A stretch of 64,000 bases of DNA, taken from positions 1,600,001 through 1,664,000 of the forward strand of contig OY729431.1 of NCBI GenBank assembly GCA_963422395.1. The letters run 5' to 3'. This DNA comes from Vicinamibacteria bacterium. Its GTDB lineage: Bacteria > Acidobacteriota > Vicinamibacteria > Marinacidobacterales > Marinacidobacteraceae. The first letter of the stretch is position 1; each line of letters opens with the position of its first letter. Below are positions 37,648 to 47,792 of the stretch, piece after piece. A program made the translations under genes and the position numbers. The notes under the pieces were generated by a model that did no database searches, had not been told where the DNA came from, and saw only the letters and a list, made by a program, of their open reading frames with translations.

Positions 37648-39330
37648 ATGGCGGTGCACGGGGGACGGGGCGTTTCGAATCTGAACCCGCCCATCCCCGA
37701 GCGAACGCGTTTCCTCATCGTCACCGGCGGGGTGATCTCCTCACTCGGCAAGGGAATCGCGTCCGCGTCCATCGGAAGACTGCTGAAGTCGCAGGGGTAC
37801 TCGGTGTCCTTCCTGAAGTGCGACCCGTATCTCAATGTGGATCCGGGAACCATGAGCCCCTACCAGCACGGAGAGGTCTTCGTCACCCACGACGGGGCGG
37901 AGACCGACCTCGATGTCGGTCACTACGAACGCTTCACGGGGTCCGCGTTCTCCGCGCGATCCAATGTGACCAGCGGACAGATCTACGAGACGGTCATCGA
38001 CAGGGAGCGGCAGGGCCAGTATCTCGGGGCCACAGTGCAGGTGATCCCCCATCTCACCGACGAGATCAAACGCCGGCTCATCGCCGTCGCCGACGAGGAC
38101 ATCGATGTGGTCATCGCCGAGATCGGCGGGACCGTCGGTGATATCGAGGGGCAGCCCTTTCTCGAGGCCGCCCGGCAGTTCCGACTGGATGTGGGGCCGG
38201 CGCGCGTCTGTTTCCTCCATCTCACGCTCGTCCCCATGGTGAAGACCGCTGGGGAATACAAGACGAAACCCACGCAGCACAGCGTCCGGGAACTCCGCGC
38301 GATCGGCATCCAGCCGGATGTGCTGCTCTGCCGTGCCGGGGAGGCCCTGCCCGGCGAAGTCAAGGCCAAGATCGGGCTGCACACTTCGGTTGCGCCCGAA
38401 GCGGTCTTCACCGCCGTGGATGCGGCCTCGGTGTACGAAGTGCCGCTGCATCTGGCTGCCGAAGGGGTGGACCGCCGGATCCTCGAACATTTCCAGCTCA
38501 CCTCGCGCGAACGCGATCTGGTCTCCTGGAGAGAGCTGGTGCACCGACTGCACAGCGGATCGCGTGATGTCCGGATCGGCGTGGTGGGTAAATATGTCCA
38601 GCTCCAGGACTCCTACAAGAGCCTCGGCGAGGCGCTGGTACACGGCGGAGTTCCCCACAGCGCGCGCGTGGAGATCCGCTGGATCGAGGCGGAAAGTCTC
38701 GAGGGCGGCGACCTCTCGGCACTCGACGACTGTGACGGGATCCTGGTGCCGGGCGGGTTCGGTTCCCGCGGCACCGAAGGCATGGCGGTGGCGGCGGGCC
38801 GCGCCCGCACCGGCCGGGTGCCGTACCTCGGGATCTGCTACGGCTTTCAGTGGGCGGTCGTCGAGTTCGCACGAGCCGAGTGCGGCCTCGCCGACGCGAG
38901 CACCGAAGAGCTCGATCCCGACGCGGAGCACCAGGTCTTCGCCAAGCTGCAGGGTCTTGCCGGGGTGGATCAGATGGGAGGCACGATGCGGGTCGGCGAT
39001 GCGACCTGCATCCTCGAAGAGGATTCGCTGGCGGCGCGGACCTACGGCGAGACCCGCATCCGGGAACGCCATCGCCACCGGTACGAGTTCGAACGGCGCT
39101 ACGAAGCGCTGGTGGAATCCCGCGGGCTGCGGTTCTCCGGTTCCACCGAGGACGGATTCTTCGAAGTGGCGGAGATCCCGGATCACCCCTGGTTTCTGGC
39201 GGTGCAGTTCCACCCCGAATTCCGATCGAACCCGTTGCAGCCCCATCCTCTGTTTCTGGGATTCATCGGCGCCTCGCTGGATCACCGGGTTCGGCGCCGC
39301 TCCGCTGCCGCCGCAGTCGCCGCCGGTTGA
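37648..39330 (+). CDS. pyrG: CTP synthase
   Basis: VTGGVISSLGKG, DPYLNVDPGTMSP, KTKPTQHSV, GICYG, QFHPE. Confidence 0.98.
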   Translation: MAVHGGRGVSNLNPPIPERTRFLIVTGGVISSLGKGIASASIGRLLKSQGYSVSFLKCDPYLNVDPGTMSPYQHGEVFVTHDGAETDLDVGHYERFTGSAFSARSNVTSGQIYETVIDRERQGQYLGATVQVIPHLTDEIKRRLIAVADEDIDVVIAEIGGTVGDIEGQPFLEAARQFRLDVGPARVCFLHLTLVPMVKTAGEYKTKPTQHSVRELRAIGIQPDVLLCRAGEALPGEVKAKIGLHTSVAPEAVFTAVDAASVYEVPLHLAAEGVDRRILEHFQLTSRERDLVSWRELVHRLHSGSRDVRIGVVGKYVQLQDSYKSLGEALVHGGVPHSARVEIRWIEAESLEGGDLSALDDCDGILVPGGFGSRGTEGMAVAAGRARTGRVPYLGICYGFQWAVVEFARAECGLADASTEELDPDAEHQVFAKLQGLAGVDQMGGTMRVGDATCILEEDSLAARTYGETRIRERHRHRYEFERRYEALVESRGLRFSGSTEDGFFEVAEIPDHPWFLAVQFHPEFRSNPLQPHPLFLGFIGASLDHRVRRRSAAAAVAAG

Positions 39331-39358
39331 CCGCGGGCAGCGGCGCGCGGCACCACCG

Positions 39359-39949
39359 ATGGCTTCCGACCGGGCCCGGGACACCGCCTGGACCTCGGAC
39401 CTCGCCCGCCGCGCCGCCCGTATCGAAGCGATCCTGTTCGATGTGGATGGAGTGCTCACCGACGGGGGATTCGAGCCCGGCGACGAGGGTGCGGGTATCT
39501 CCGAGCGAAAGCGGTTCCATTCCCGGGACGGGCTCGGCATGCTGCTGGCCAGGAAGAGCGGCATCCGGCTCGGCTTCATCACCGGACGCCGCTCCGGCGT
39601 GGTGCGCGGCCGGGCGGCGGAACTCTCCCTGGATTTTCTCCGGGAAGGATGTTTCGACAAGGGCAGCGCCTTCGAAGATGCCTGCGAAGCGTTCGGACTC
39701 GACGCGGCGCAGATCGCCTTCGTGGGCGACGACGTCCAGGACCTGCCGGCATTGCGGCGAGCGGGGTTTGCCGCCGCACCGGCCGATGCCCACGCCGCGG
39801 TGATCGAGCGGGTGCACTACATCGCGGCAGCGGCCGGCGGCCGAGGCGCCGCCCGCGAAATCATCGAGCGGATCCTCGATGCCCGAGGGTTGCTCGAGCA
39901 CGCGCTTTTCGGACTCTGGGAAAGCGAGTCCGCGCCCGGGAACGAGTGA
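39359..39949 (+). CDS. kdsC: KDO-8-phosphate phosphatase-like HAD hydrolase
   Basis: DVDGVLTDG, RDGLG, ITGR, GDDVQD, GGRGAARE. Confidence 0.9.
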   Translation: MASDRARDTAWTSDLARRAARIEAILFDVDGVLTDGGFEPGDEGAGISERKRFHSRDGLGMLLARKSGIRLGFITGRRSGVVRGRAAELSLDFLREGCFDKGSAFEDACEAFGLDAAQIAFVGDDVQDLPALRRAGFAAAPADAHAAVIERVHYIAAAAGGRGAAREIIERILDARGLLEHALFGLWESESAPGNE

Positions 39950-40585
39950 TCAGTCGGGGCTGCCCGCTCCGCTTCCCGCCCTGGCGAAGAAACGGCGCGC
40001 CAACACGGCGGCGGCGGCTTCGGTTTCCGCGACCGTCCCCGAGGCGTCCACGAGGTCCGTGCCCCGGCTCGCTTTCTCCTCCGGCGGCAACTGCGCGGAC
40101 AGGCGGAGACGGGCCTCCTCGAGGCTCATCCCGGACCGGGCGACGAGGCGCGCGACCTGCTGCTCCGCTGGACAGTAGACCACCACCACCCGGTCGTAGA
40201 GGGCGGCGCTGCCGGTCTCCAGCATGAGCGCCGCCTCCACTCCGGCCACCCGGCTCCCTTCCCGTTCGCTGCGATCGAGGAACTTCCGGATGTCTGCGCG
40301 GATCCGGGGGTGGAGGATTTCGTGCAGCCACTTCCGCTCCTGCCCGTTGGCGAAGACCCGCGCTCCCAACGCCTTTCGGTCGATTCCTCCTTCGGCGGCG
40401 AGAACCTCGCGGCCGAACCTGTGGACCACGGCTTCCACGAGCTCGCCGCCCGGAGCGAGGAGCTCGTGGGTCAATGCGTCGGCGTCGAGCATGGGAATCC
40501 CCGAAAGCTCGAACACCTTCCGGACGGTCGTCTTCCCGGAAGCGATTCCTCCGGTCAGCCCTACGCGCAGCACCGGATCCACCAC
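39950..40585 (-). CDS. coaE: Dephospho-CoA kinase
   Basis: GLTGGIASGKT, DAD, IDRKALG, LHPRI. Confidence 0.95.
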   Translation of the reverse strand: MVDPVLRVGLTGGIASGKTTVRKVFELSGIPMLDADALTHELLAPGGELVEAVVHRFGREVLAAEGGIDRKALGARVFANGQERKWLHEILHPRIRADIRKFLDRSEREGSRVAGVEAALMLETGSAALYDRVVVVYCPAEQQVARLVARSGMSLEEARLRLSAQLPPEEKASRGTDLVDASGTVAETEAAAAVLARRFFARAGSGAGSPD

Positions 40586-41517
40586 TACCGGGACGAGGCG
40601 GCGCTCCGGGCGACAGCGAGGTGCACGGTATTGGCGAGCAGCATGGCGATCGTGAGCGGCCCGACACCGCCGGGCACCGGGGTGTAGGCCGAGGAGCGTT
40701 CCCGCATCGCCAGCGGGTGGACATCGCCGACGAGCGTGTATCCGTTCTTCCGGAAGCGGGCGAGTCGTCGTTCGTCGTCACCGAAGAAATTCCGCACTTC
40801 GGCCTCGCTCGCGGCGCGGTTCATTCCCACATCCACCACCACCGCGCCGGGCCGGATGGCGGCGGCGGGCAGCAGCGCCGGGCGCCCGACCGCGGCGCAG
40901 AGGATGTCGGCTTCGGAGCAGACCGCGGCAAGATCGTCGGTTCGGGAATGGCACACCGTGATCGTGGCGTGCGCGTGGAGCAACAGGAACGCCAGCGGTT
41001 TTCCCACGATGTCGCTCCGGCCCACGATCACCGCACGCCGCCCTCGCACCTCGATCTGCTCCCGCCGCAACAGTTCCATGATCCCCGCGGGAGTACAGGG
41101 GCGGGGGCCTGGCGCGTTCACCGCCAGCCGGCCCACATTCTCAGGGTGGAAGCCGTCCACATCCTTGTCGGGGCGGATCCGCGGAAGGAACTCCGCCGCG
41201 TCGAAACCCGGTGGAAGCGGCAATTGCAGCAAGACGGCGTCCACGGTTTCGTCGGCGTTCAGTCGATCGAGAATCGCGCCGAGATCCGCCGGAGCGGCGT
41301 CGGCCCCCAAGCGGTGTGTGTCCGAACGAATCCCCGTTTCCAGTGCCGCCCGCATCTTCCCCCGCACATAGATCTGCGAAGCGGGATCCTCACCCACCAG
41401 CACCACGGCGAGACCCGGCGGCCGGCCTCCCTCGGCAAACGCCGCCGCCGCCTGGGCCGCCTCGGCGCGGATCGCGGCACCGATCCGCTTCCCGTCGAGT
41501 ATCCGTCCGGCCATCAC
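40585..41517 (-). CDS. folD: Methylene-THF dehydrogenase/cyclohydrolase
   Basis: KDVDGFHP, PCTP, GRSDIVGKP, TPVPGGVGPLT. Confidence 0.97.
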   Translation of the reverse strand: MMAGRILDGKRIGAAIRAEAAQAAAAFAEGGRPPGLAVVLVGEDPASQIYVRGKMRAALETGIRSDTHRLGADAAPADLGAILDRLNADETVDAVLLQLPLPPGFDAAEFLPRIRPDKDVDGFHPENVGRLAVNAPGPRPCTPAGIMELLRREQIEVRGRRAVIVGRSDIVGKPLAFLLLHAHATITVCHSRTDDLAAVCSEADILCAAVGRPALLPAAAIRPGAVVVDVGMNRAASEAEVRNFFGDDERRLARFRKNGYTLVGDVHPLAMRERSSAYTPVPGGVGPLTIAMLLANTVHLAVARSAASSR

Positions 41518-42218
41518 TCCACTTCCCGATTCGTTCGGGCCTCGGCGATCAAGGCCTCGGCACGGTCCCGCACTCCGCGCGCCGACGGGGCGTAGAGCGC
41601 GGCGATCACGGCTACCGCATCGGCTCCCGCGTCGAGCACCTCCCGAACCCGCGGAATCGAGATCCCGCCGATCGCGACCAGCGGACCGTCGTAGCGGGCA
41701 CGGGCTTCGCGCACGCCGGCCAGTCCCACCTGCGGGGCTGGATCGTCTTTCGTCCGGGTTCCGAAAACGGGGCCGACGGCGAGATAGTCGTAGGGGCCGG
41801 AACCCGAAGCAAGCACTTCTGCCGCCGCATGGGTGGAACGGCCGACGACCGCCTCGTTCCCGAGAAGTGCCCGGGCCGCACCTCCGGAGAGGTCGTCTTG
41901 TCCGAGATGTACTCCGGCCGCTCCGGCGAGCAGGGCCACATCAGCACGGTCATTGACGAGGATTCGCAAACCGGTCCCCGAAGCCCCGCGCAGTCCGGCG
42001 GCGACCCAGGAGAACAGCGCTCCGGCGCGCAGGCTCTTGCCCCGCAGCTGCGCGAGTCGAGCCCCCCCGGCCGCGAGGGCGCGAAGGATCGGCCCCGGAT
42101 CGGAGTCTCCGAACACCGCCGCATCCACGACGGGGTAGAGCGGACTCCCGAAGAAGCGCCTTCGCTGCGGCGCAGTCGCCCGGCGCGGCGCTACTCGTGA
42201 AAGAGAACTCCTGCTCAC
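41514..42218 (-). CDS. thiE: Thiamine-phosphate synthase
   Basis: QLRGK, NDRADVA, GVHLGQDD, GPVFGTRTK, AIGGI; GTG start overlaps the accC stop. Confidence 0.92.
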   Translation of the reverse strand: MSRSSLSRVAPRRATAPQRRRFFGSPLYPVVDAAVFGDSDPGPILRALAAGGARLAQLRGKSLRAGALFSWVAAGLRGASGTGLRILVNDRADVALLAGAAGVHLGQDDLSGGAARALLGNEAVVGRSTHAAAEVLASGSGPYDYLAVGPVFGTRTKDDPAPQVGLAGVREARARYDGPLVAIGGISIPRVREVLDAGADAVAVIAALYAPSARGVRDRAEALIAEARTNREVE

Positions 42219-43549
42219 CGAAGCCGGTCCAGGAAACCGGTGTCGAAACCGCCGGCGAGAAACTCCTCGCTCTCCACGATGCGGCGATGGAGGGGGAGCG
42301 AGGTGTGGATCCCCTCGACCACCATCTCGCCGAGCGCCCGGCGCATCCGTCGGACTGCATGCCCCCGGTCTTCTCCGTGCACGATGAGCTTGGCGACCAG
42401 GGAATCGTAGAACGGCGGAATCACGGCGCCAGCGTACGCCGCCGTGTCCACCCGCACTCCCGGCCCGCCGGGGCTGTGAAACGCGGTGATCGTTCCCGGA
42501 GACGGGGTGAACCGCTCCGGATCCTCGGCGTTGATCCGGCACTCGATGGAGGCCCCGGATACCGGAACCGACCCCTGGGTAAAAGACAGCGGCTCTCCGG
42601 CAGCCACCCGAATCTGCTCGCGCACCAGGTCGAGCCCGGTGACCATCTCGGTCACCGGATGTTCCACCTGGATCCGCACATTCATTTCACTGAAGAAGAA
42701 CCGCCCCTCGGAGTCGAACAGGAACTCCACCGTGCCGGCGTTGCGGTATCCGACGGCCTCGGCCGCCCGCACTGCGGTTTCCCCCAGCCGTTGGCGGGCG
42801 GCGTCGTCGAGGCCGGGAGCCGGCGCTTCTTCCACCAGCTTCTGGTGACGACGCTGCACCGAGCAGTCGCGCTCTCCGAGAGATACGGTGCGGCCGTGCC
42901 CGTCAGCGAAGATCTGGACCTCGATGTGCCGGACGCTCGGCAGGTAACGCTCGATGTACATCTCGGGGTCGCCGAACGCCGCCTGGGCTTCGCTCGCCGC
43001 AGCAGCGAGCGCGGGCGTCATTCCGGATTCCTCGGTAACGATCCTCATCCCGCGGCCCCCGCCTCCGAACGATGCCTTCAACAGGACGGGGTACCCGATT
43101 TCGGCAGCGATCTTCACCGCTTCCTCGGCGCTGGTGACCGGCGCCTCCGTCCCGGGAAGGATCGGAATCCCGGCTTCGCGCATGATCCTGCGGGCAAGCG
43201 CCTTGTCTCCCATCGAGCGGATGCTCGCCGGTGGTGGGCCGATGAAGGTGACGCGGCAAGCCTCGCAGACCTCGGCGAGCGCATGACTCTCGGCGAGGAA
43301 GCCGTACCCCGGATGGATGGCGTCGGCGCCGGAAATCTCGGCTGCGGTGAGAACGCTCGGGACATCGAGATAGCTGTCGCGAGGCGCAGCCGGTCCGATG
43401 CAGACGCACTCATCGGCGAGCCGCACCGGAAGCGAATCGCGGTCCGCGTCCGAATACACGATCACCGTGCGGAGTCCCAGTTCCCGGCAAGCCGCCAGGA
43501 TCCGGACCGCGATCTCGCCGCGGTTGGCGACCAGTACCTTGTGGAACAC
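42215..43549 (-). CDS. accC: Acetyl-CoA carboxylase biotin carboxylase
   Basis: ANRGEIA, HPGYGFLAE, GGGGRGM, RDCSVQRRHQK, RIQVEHPVTE. Confidence 0.97.
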   Translation of the reverse strand: MFHKVLVANRGEIAVRILAACRELGLRTVIVYSDADRDSLPVRLADECVCIGPAAPRDSYLDVPSVLTAAEISGADAIHPGYGFLAESHALAEVCEACRVTFIGPPPASIRSMGDKALARRIMREAGIPILPGTEAPVTSAEEAVKIAAEIGYPVLLKASFGGGGRGMRIVTEESGMTPALAAAASEAQAAFGDPEMYIERYLPSVRHIEVQIFADGHGRTVSLGERDCSVQRRHQKLVEEAPAPGLDDAARQRLGETAVRAAEAVGYRNAGTVEFLFDSEGRFFFSEMNVRIQVEHPVTEMVTGLDLVREQIRVAAGEPLSFTQGSVPVSGASIECRINAEDPERFTPSPGTITAFHSPGGPGVRVDTAAYAGAVIPPFYDSLVAKLIVHGEDRGHAVRRMRRALGEMVVEGIHTSLPLHRRIVESEEFLAGGFDTGFLDRLR

Positions 43550-43576
43550 CCGCCGTGGAATTCGCTTCCCCCCCGG

Positions 43577-44041
43577 TCAGGAGGGGCGGATCGCGAAGAG
43601 TCGATCCCCGAACTGCACGGGGGAAGTGTCTTCGGCGAGGATCTCGACGATTTCTCCTGCGGCCTCTGCTTCTATGTTGTTCATCAGCTTCATCGCCTCG
43701 ATGATGCAGAGGACTTGGCCCTTCTTCACCTGGTCGCCGACGGTCACGAAGGGCTCCGCGTCCGGGCGGGGGCGGCGATAGAAGGTGCCGACCATCGGCG
43801 CAGTGATGGTGTCGAGGCTGGATGCACCACTCGCCGGATCAGGGGCGGCACCCCCCGCCGTCGGGATCTGCGGGGTAAGCGAGACCGAGGGTGCGGCGGC
43901 CCCGACAGCCTCTCTGCGCACCACTCGGATCCGAGAGTTCCCGAGACGCAGTTCCACGTCGTGGAAACCGGTGTCGGCAAGCCGGTCCACCGCGTCGAGC
44001 AGGTCCGCGAGCGTCGGTTCTCGGGGCGGGGATGCGGGCAC
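43577..44041 (-). CDS. accB: Biotin carboxyl carrier protein (start approximate)
   Basis: APMVGTFY and the EAMKLMN biotinylation motif. Confidence 0.92.
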   Translation of the reverse strand: MPASPPREPTLADLLDAVDRLADTGFHDVELRLGNSRIRVVRREAVGAAAPSVSLTPQIPTAGGAAPDPASGASSLDTITAPMVGTFYRRPRPDAEPFVTVGDQVKKGQVLCIIEAMKLMNNIEAEAAGEIVEILAEDTSPVQFGDRLFAIRPS

Positions 44042-44153
44042 GACGGCAGCGGGGCAGCGCCCGCAACGGCGGAAACGGTACCACAGCACCGCCGGGCCGA
44101 CTTCCGACTCCTCCGCGCCGGGCGTTCCCGCCCGCGGGCGCCTCCACCGTTTG

Positions 44154-46103
44154 CTACCCGCCGCCTTCGACGCTCGGCAGCTGCCCATGGCGGCGGATCC
44201 GCGGGGTCAGGAAGATGAGCAGCTCTTCGTCCCTCCGGTTCTGCTCCCGCGAGCGGAACAGGTGCCCCAGCAGGGGAATTCGGTGGAGACCCGGCACCCG
44301 CCCCTGGTCCTGCGATTCCTGCGTGGCGAAGACTCCCCCGATGACCGTAGTGGCACCGTCCACCACCCGGACGCGGGTGGTGGCGTGCTGGGTGACGATG
44401 CTGGGGATCCCGCCGACCGCCTGCCCGAAGTCCAGGGAGTCGTTGCTGACCTGCATGTCGAGGAGCACGGTGCCTTCGGAGCTCACTAACGGAGTCACCG
44501 TCAGTTCGAGGACCGCATCGCGGAATTGGACCGTCACGGTGTTGTTCGCCACCACCTGCACCGGAAAGGTCACCCCCTGCTTGATCGTGGCCGAGCGGGC
44601 GTTCTGCGCCACGATTCGCGGAGCCGAAAGAATCCTCACATCCCCCTTCTTCTCCGCCGCAGCGAGGGCGAGATCGAGGTGGGCAGCTCCGCCCAGGGCG
44701 CCGAGGGCGATCCCGAGCGCCCCGGTGGGTGCGCCGCTGATCGGGAGGCTCACCGCGTAACCAGGCCTTTCGCCCTCCGCGTTCGCCGGGGCGAGCACCC
44801 CCGCTCCGCCGTTGCCTGCGGTGAAGGAAGAGCTCGCACTCCCGATCGCGTCGCCGCCGAGGCGAAAGGATTCGGGGAAGATCTTGCCGGTGCGCTCGCG
44901 GACGAGCCCTCCTCCCCACTGGATGCCGAGCCGCTGGGTGAGGGTGTGGGCGGCCAGCACGATCCGCGCCTCGATCTCGACTCCCGGCGCGGGGATGTCC
45001 AGCGCATCCAGAATGGTTTCGAGCTCCCGAATTCTGACCCCCACATCGGTCACCAGCAGGGTCCCGGTCCGGGCATCGGCGATCAGGGCGCCCCTTTCGC
45101 TGAGCCGGCCCTCGATCAATTCTTCGATTTCTTCGGGCCGCACATAGGCGAGGGTGCGCCGCAGGGTCACCAGCTCTCCGGCGAGCTCGTGCTGGTCCCG
45201 GTGGCGCCGCAGGTCCATGCGCTCGGCAGCCAGATCCGCGAGCTCCCCGACCCGCAACACATTGCCCTCGACGATTTGGCCGAGTCCATGGGACCGCAGG
45301 ATCACATCGAGCGCCTGGTCCCAAGGGATCTCGGTGAGCCGGAGCGATATCCGCCCCTGAACTCCGGGCTGCAGCACGAAATCGAGACCGCTGATCTCGC
45401 TCAGAACCCGCAGTACATCCCGGAGATCGGCATCCCGGAAGTCGAGACTGACCCGTTCTGCGAGGCCCTGCCCCCCGTTCTCCCCTCTCTGGTCCAGCGC
45501 CCCGGCGGACGCCGCCCGGAGTGCCTCTGCGTCTGCGTCCGGCTCCTGATCGATATCCGGTTCGGGCGGCGGATCGTTCGACAGGCTGTCGAGCGCCGGA
45601 TTTCCCTCTGCGTCCGGCTCCTGACCGATATCCGGTTCGGACTCTTCGGCAGGCGGCGGCGCCGAAGCGGTGCTGCCCGCGGGCTCGGACCGACCGGTGC
45701 AAGCGACTTCCAGACCGGACTCCGGAAGCCGCAAGTCGCACGAAACGCCCGGAGCGAGGCGAAAGCGGATCCCTTCCTCTCCGTCCGGCTCGGTCACCAC
45801 GATCACTTCGAGGATCTCGGGAGTTTCCACTGCCAACGACCCCGCGATCCGGGCGAGATCCACCGCCGGGAGGAACAGGGAAAGGCGATCCGCCTCGCGG
45901 CGCACCACCTCCGGCTCGAGCCGCCCCTCGGCCGCGAGCCGCACGATCGTCCGCCCCGACTGCTGGTACAGGTGCAGCGCTTCGACCTCGGCGGCCGGTA
46001 GTTGCCCCAGGGCGTTCGCCGCCGCGAGGAACAGGGGGCCGAGATACAGCGCGGATGGGAGAGTGCGCAGAGTGCCGCGCCCGCCTCGGATCGACATCTT
46101 CAT
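44154..46103 (-). CDS. pilQ: Type IV pilus secretin
   Basis: SLDFRDADLRDVL, PWDQALD, VEIEARIV, VPGLHRIPLLGHLFR, ELLIFLTPRI. Confidence 0.93.
   Translation of the reverse strand: MKMSIRGGRGTLRTLPSALYLGPLFLAAANALGQLPAAEVEALHLYQQSGRTIVRLAAEGRLEPEVVRREADRLSLFLPAVDLARIAGSLAVETPEILEVIVVTEPDGEEGIRFRLAPGVSCDLRLPESGLEVACTGRSEPAGSTASAPPPAEESEPDIGQEPDAEGNPALDSLSNDPPPEPDIDQEPDADAEALRAASAGALDQRGENGGQGLAERVSLDFRDADLRDVLRVLSEISGLDFVLQPGVQGRISLRLTEIPWDQALDVILRSHGLGQIVEGNVLRVGELADLAAERMDLRRHRDQHELAGELVTLRRTLAYVRPEEIEELIEGRLSERGALIADARTGTLLVTDVGVRIRELETILDALDIPAPGVEIEARIVLAAHTLTQRLGIQWGGGLVRERTGKIFPESFRLGGDAIGSASSSFTAGNGGAGVLAPANAEGERPGYAVSLPISGAPTGALGIALGALGGAAHLDLALAAAEKKGDVRILSAPRIVAQNARSATIKQGVTFPVQVVANNTVTVQFRDAVLELTVTPLVSSEGTVLLDMQVSNDSLDFGQAVGGIPSIVTQHATTRVRVVDGATTVIGGVFATQESQDQGRVPGLHRIPLLGHLFRSREQNRRDEELLIFLTPRIRRHGQLPSVEGGG
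45532..45640. repeat. 34-bp direct repeat within pilQ (EPDIxQEPDA twice)
   Basis: 45532-45565 and 45607-45640 differ at one base. Confidence 0.85.
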
Positions 46104-46588
46104 CCTCCTCCCGGTGGGTCGGAACGAGATTCCGCAAGCGCCCGGAAAACCTCATGCTCTTCATCGTGGTCCGGAAGGAAGACCACTCCATCCTCCTGGA
46201 TGCGATGGACGACTCCATCCATGAGGCGCCCCCCCGGCAGAGTCACGAACGCCTCGCCGGACGGAGACTCGATGATCGCGAAGCCGAGTCGCCCTCGGAC
46301 GAGCTCGTAGCTTCCGGGTTCCGCGGCATCCCGAGGCGCGGCGAGACGAACGACGCCGCGAACGACCGCCTCCGCAACGCGGACCCCCGAGAGTCCCGGG
46401 GGGCGGGTCCCTCCTTCTGGGGATTCTTCCACCGGTCGAAATGGATCGCGCCCCGGCTCCCGGGGAGAGGCGCGCGCGGCCCGTGGCGGCTGCAGACCGG
46501 ATTCCGCACTGCCAGGCGGGGCGGCGGCCGCGGCGCGGGGCACGGCAGTCCCCACGAGCAACAGCGTCAGACGGAGAACCTGCTTCAA
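46100..46588 (-). CDS. pilP: PilP-like pilus assembly protein
   Basis: GRDPFRP motif; position between pilO and pilQ. Confidence 0.65.
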   Translation of the reverse strand: MKQVLRLTLLLVGTAVPRAAAAAPPGSAESGLQPPRAARASPREPGRDPFRPVEESPEGGTRPPGLSGVRVAEAVVRGVVRLAAPRDAAEPGSYELVRGRLGFAIIESPSGEAFVTLPGGRLMDGVVHRIQEDGVVFLPDHDEEHEVFRALAESRSDPPGGG

Positions 46589-47172
46589 CGCCCGGCCGCC
46601 TCGGAAGCAGCGCCAGCTTCGGAGTTCCGGGGCTCCGACGGCCGCATCGTCACCGCGACCAATCGGCTTGCGAGACGGCCCCCGGCAGAGGCCCGCAGCT
46701 CCAATTCCTCGATCAGCACCAGCTGCGGCAGCGCCGACACCCGGTCGAAAAAGTGGACGAAACCGAAGAACTCCCCTTCGGCGACCACCGATACCGCCCG
46801 GGCGGTATAGCCATCGAGCCGGTATTCCGGTTCCGGGGCGAAACGGCCGAATTCCACTCCCGCTTCGGCCGCGAGCACGGGGAGCGAGTGCAAGACCGCC
46901 TCGGCCTCTCCGCTCCGGGAGAGGATGCCGCGGAGCGCGGTCAACCGTTCCCGCGTTTTCTCCAGATCGTCCGCGAGAGCCCGGCTCTCTCCCTCTCGCA
47001 TGCCGGCGCCAGGAGCAGCAACCGCTTCGGCGAGCGTTGCGGCCAGGCCGGCGGCGGTGTTCTCCGCTTCGAAGAGCGTTGCGGTCCGCCGGGGTCGAAC
47101 CAACATCCGGTAGCTTCCATACGAGACCCCCGCGGCCAGCAGGAACAGCGCCAGGCGCCGCAGTCCGGGCAT
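46585..47172 (-). CDS. pilO: Type IV pilus assembly protein
   Basis: N-terminal TM, coiled coil, GEFFGFVHFFDRVSALPQLV. Confidence 0.8.
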   Translation of the reverse strand: MPGLRRLALFLLAAGVSYGSYRMLVRPRRTATLFEAENTAAGLAATLAEAVAAPGAGMREGESRALADDLEKTRERLTALRGILSRSGEAEAVLHSLPVLAAEAGVEFGRFAPEPEYRLDGYTARAVSVVAEGEFFGFVHFFDRVSALPQLVLIEELELRASAGGRLASRLVAVTMRPSEPRNSEAGAASEAAGR

Positions 47173-47792
47173 CAGGACCCGCCGCCCCTCTCGCCTTCCA
47201 CCGGAATGACGACCGCGAAGGGCCCGGGTTCGCGCGAATGGAACTGCAGCTCTCCGCCGAGGGCGAAGCGTTGCCCGCCAGCAGCAGGGGAATCCTCCAC
47301 CCGCTCGACCCAGAGCAGCTCCAGCGCGTGCAACCGGTCGAGGCGAGTCAACGCTCGGGCCGCCTCCGCGACGCTGTCGGCGGAGCCGGTCCGCGCGGTG
47401 ATCCAGATCCGGGAGCCCTCCCTTCGCAGTTCTTCCAAAACGACTTCCTCGGAAACGCCGACCGCGAGCCCGCGCAAAAGTTCGGGAAACAGGAACCTCT
47501 CTTCGTCCCAGCGGGCGAGACGCCGCTCGCTCGCCTGGAGATCCGACAGCAGCTCGCGCGCGGCCGCCAGCCGATCCCCGGCCCCCTCGTGTTCGGCGAT
47601 CTGTTGCGTCAGCCGATCCCCCTCTTCCTGGGCGGCGAGAATTCGGCGGCCCAGAGAGCGGTCCTCCCAGAACGCGAGAAGCGCGGTGCCGGCCAGCAGC
47701 AGCACTCCCGCGAGGAACCCCGTCCGGTGCGGCGGGCCAGGAGGCGATTTCGGACGGGAGCGCCGGGCGTTTTCGCGTGGCAGCAGGTTCAT
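47172..47792 (-). CDS. pilN: Type IV pilus assembly protein
   Basis: MNLLP N-terminal motif, TM segment, coiled coil. Confidence 0.8.
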   Translation of the reverse strand: MNLLPRENARRSRPKSPPGPPHRTGFLAGVLLLAGTALLAFWEDRSLGRRILAAQEEGDRLTQQIAEHEGAGDRLAAARELLSDLQASERRLARWDEERFLFPELLRGLAVGVSEEVVLEELRREGSRIWITARTGSADSVAEAARALTRLDRLHALELLWVERVEDSPAAGGQRFALGGELQFHSREPGPFAVVIPVEGERGGGS

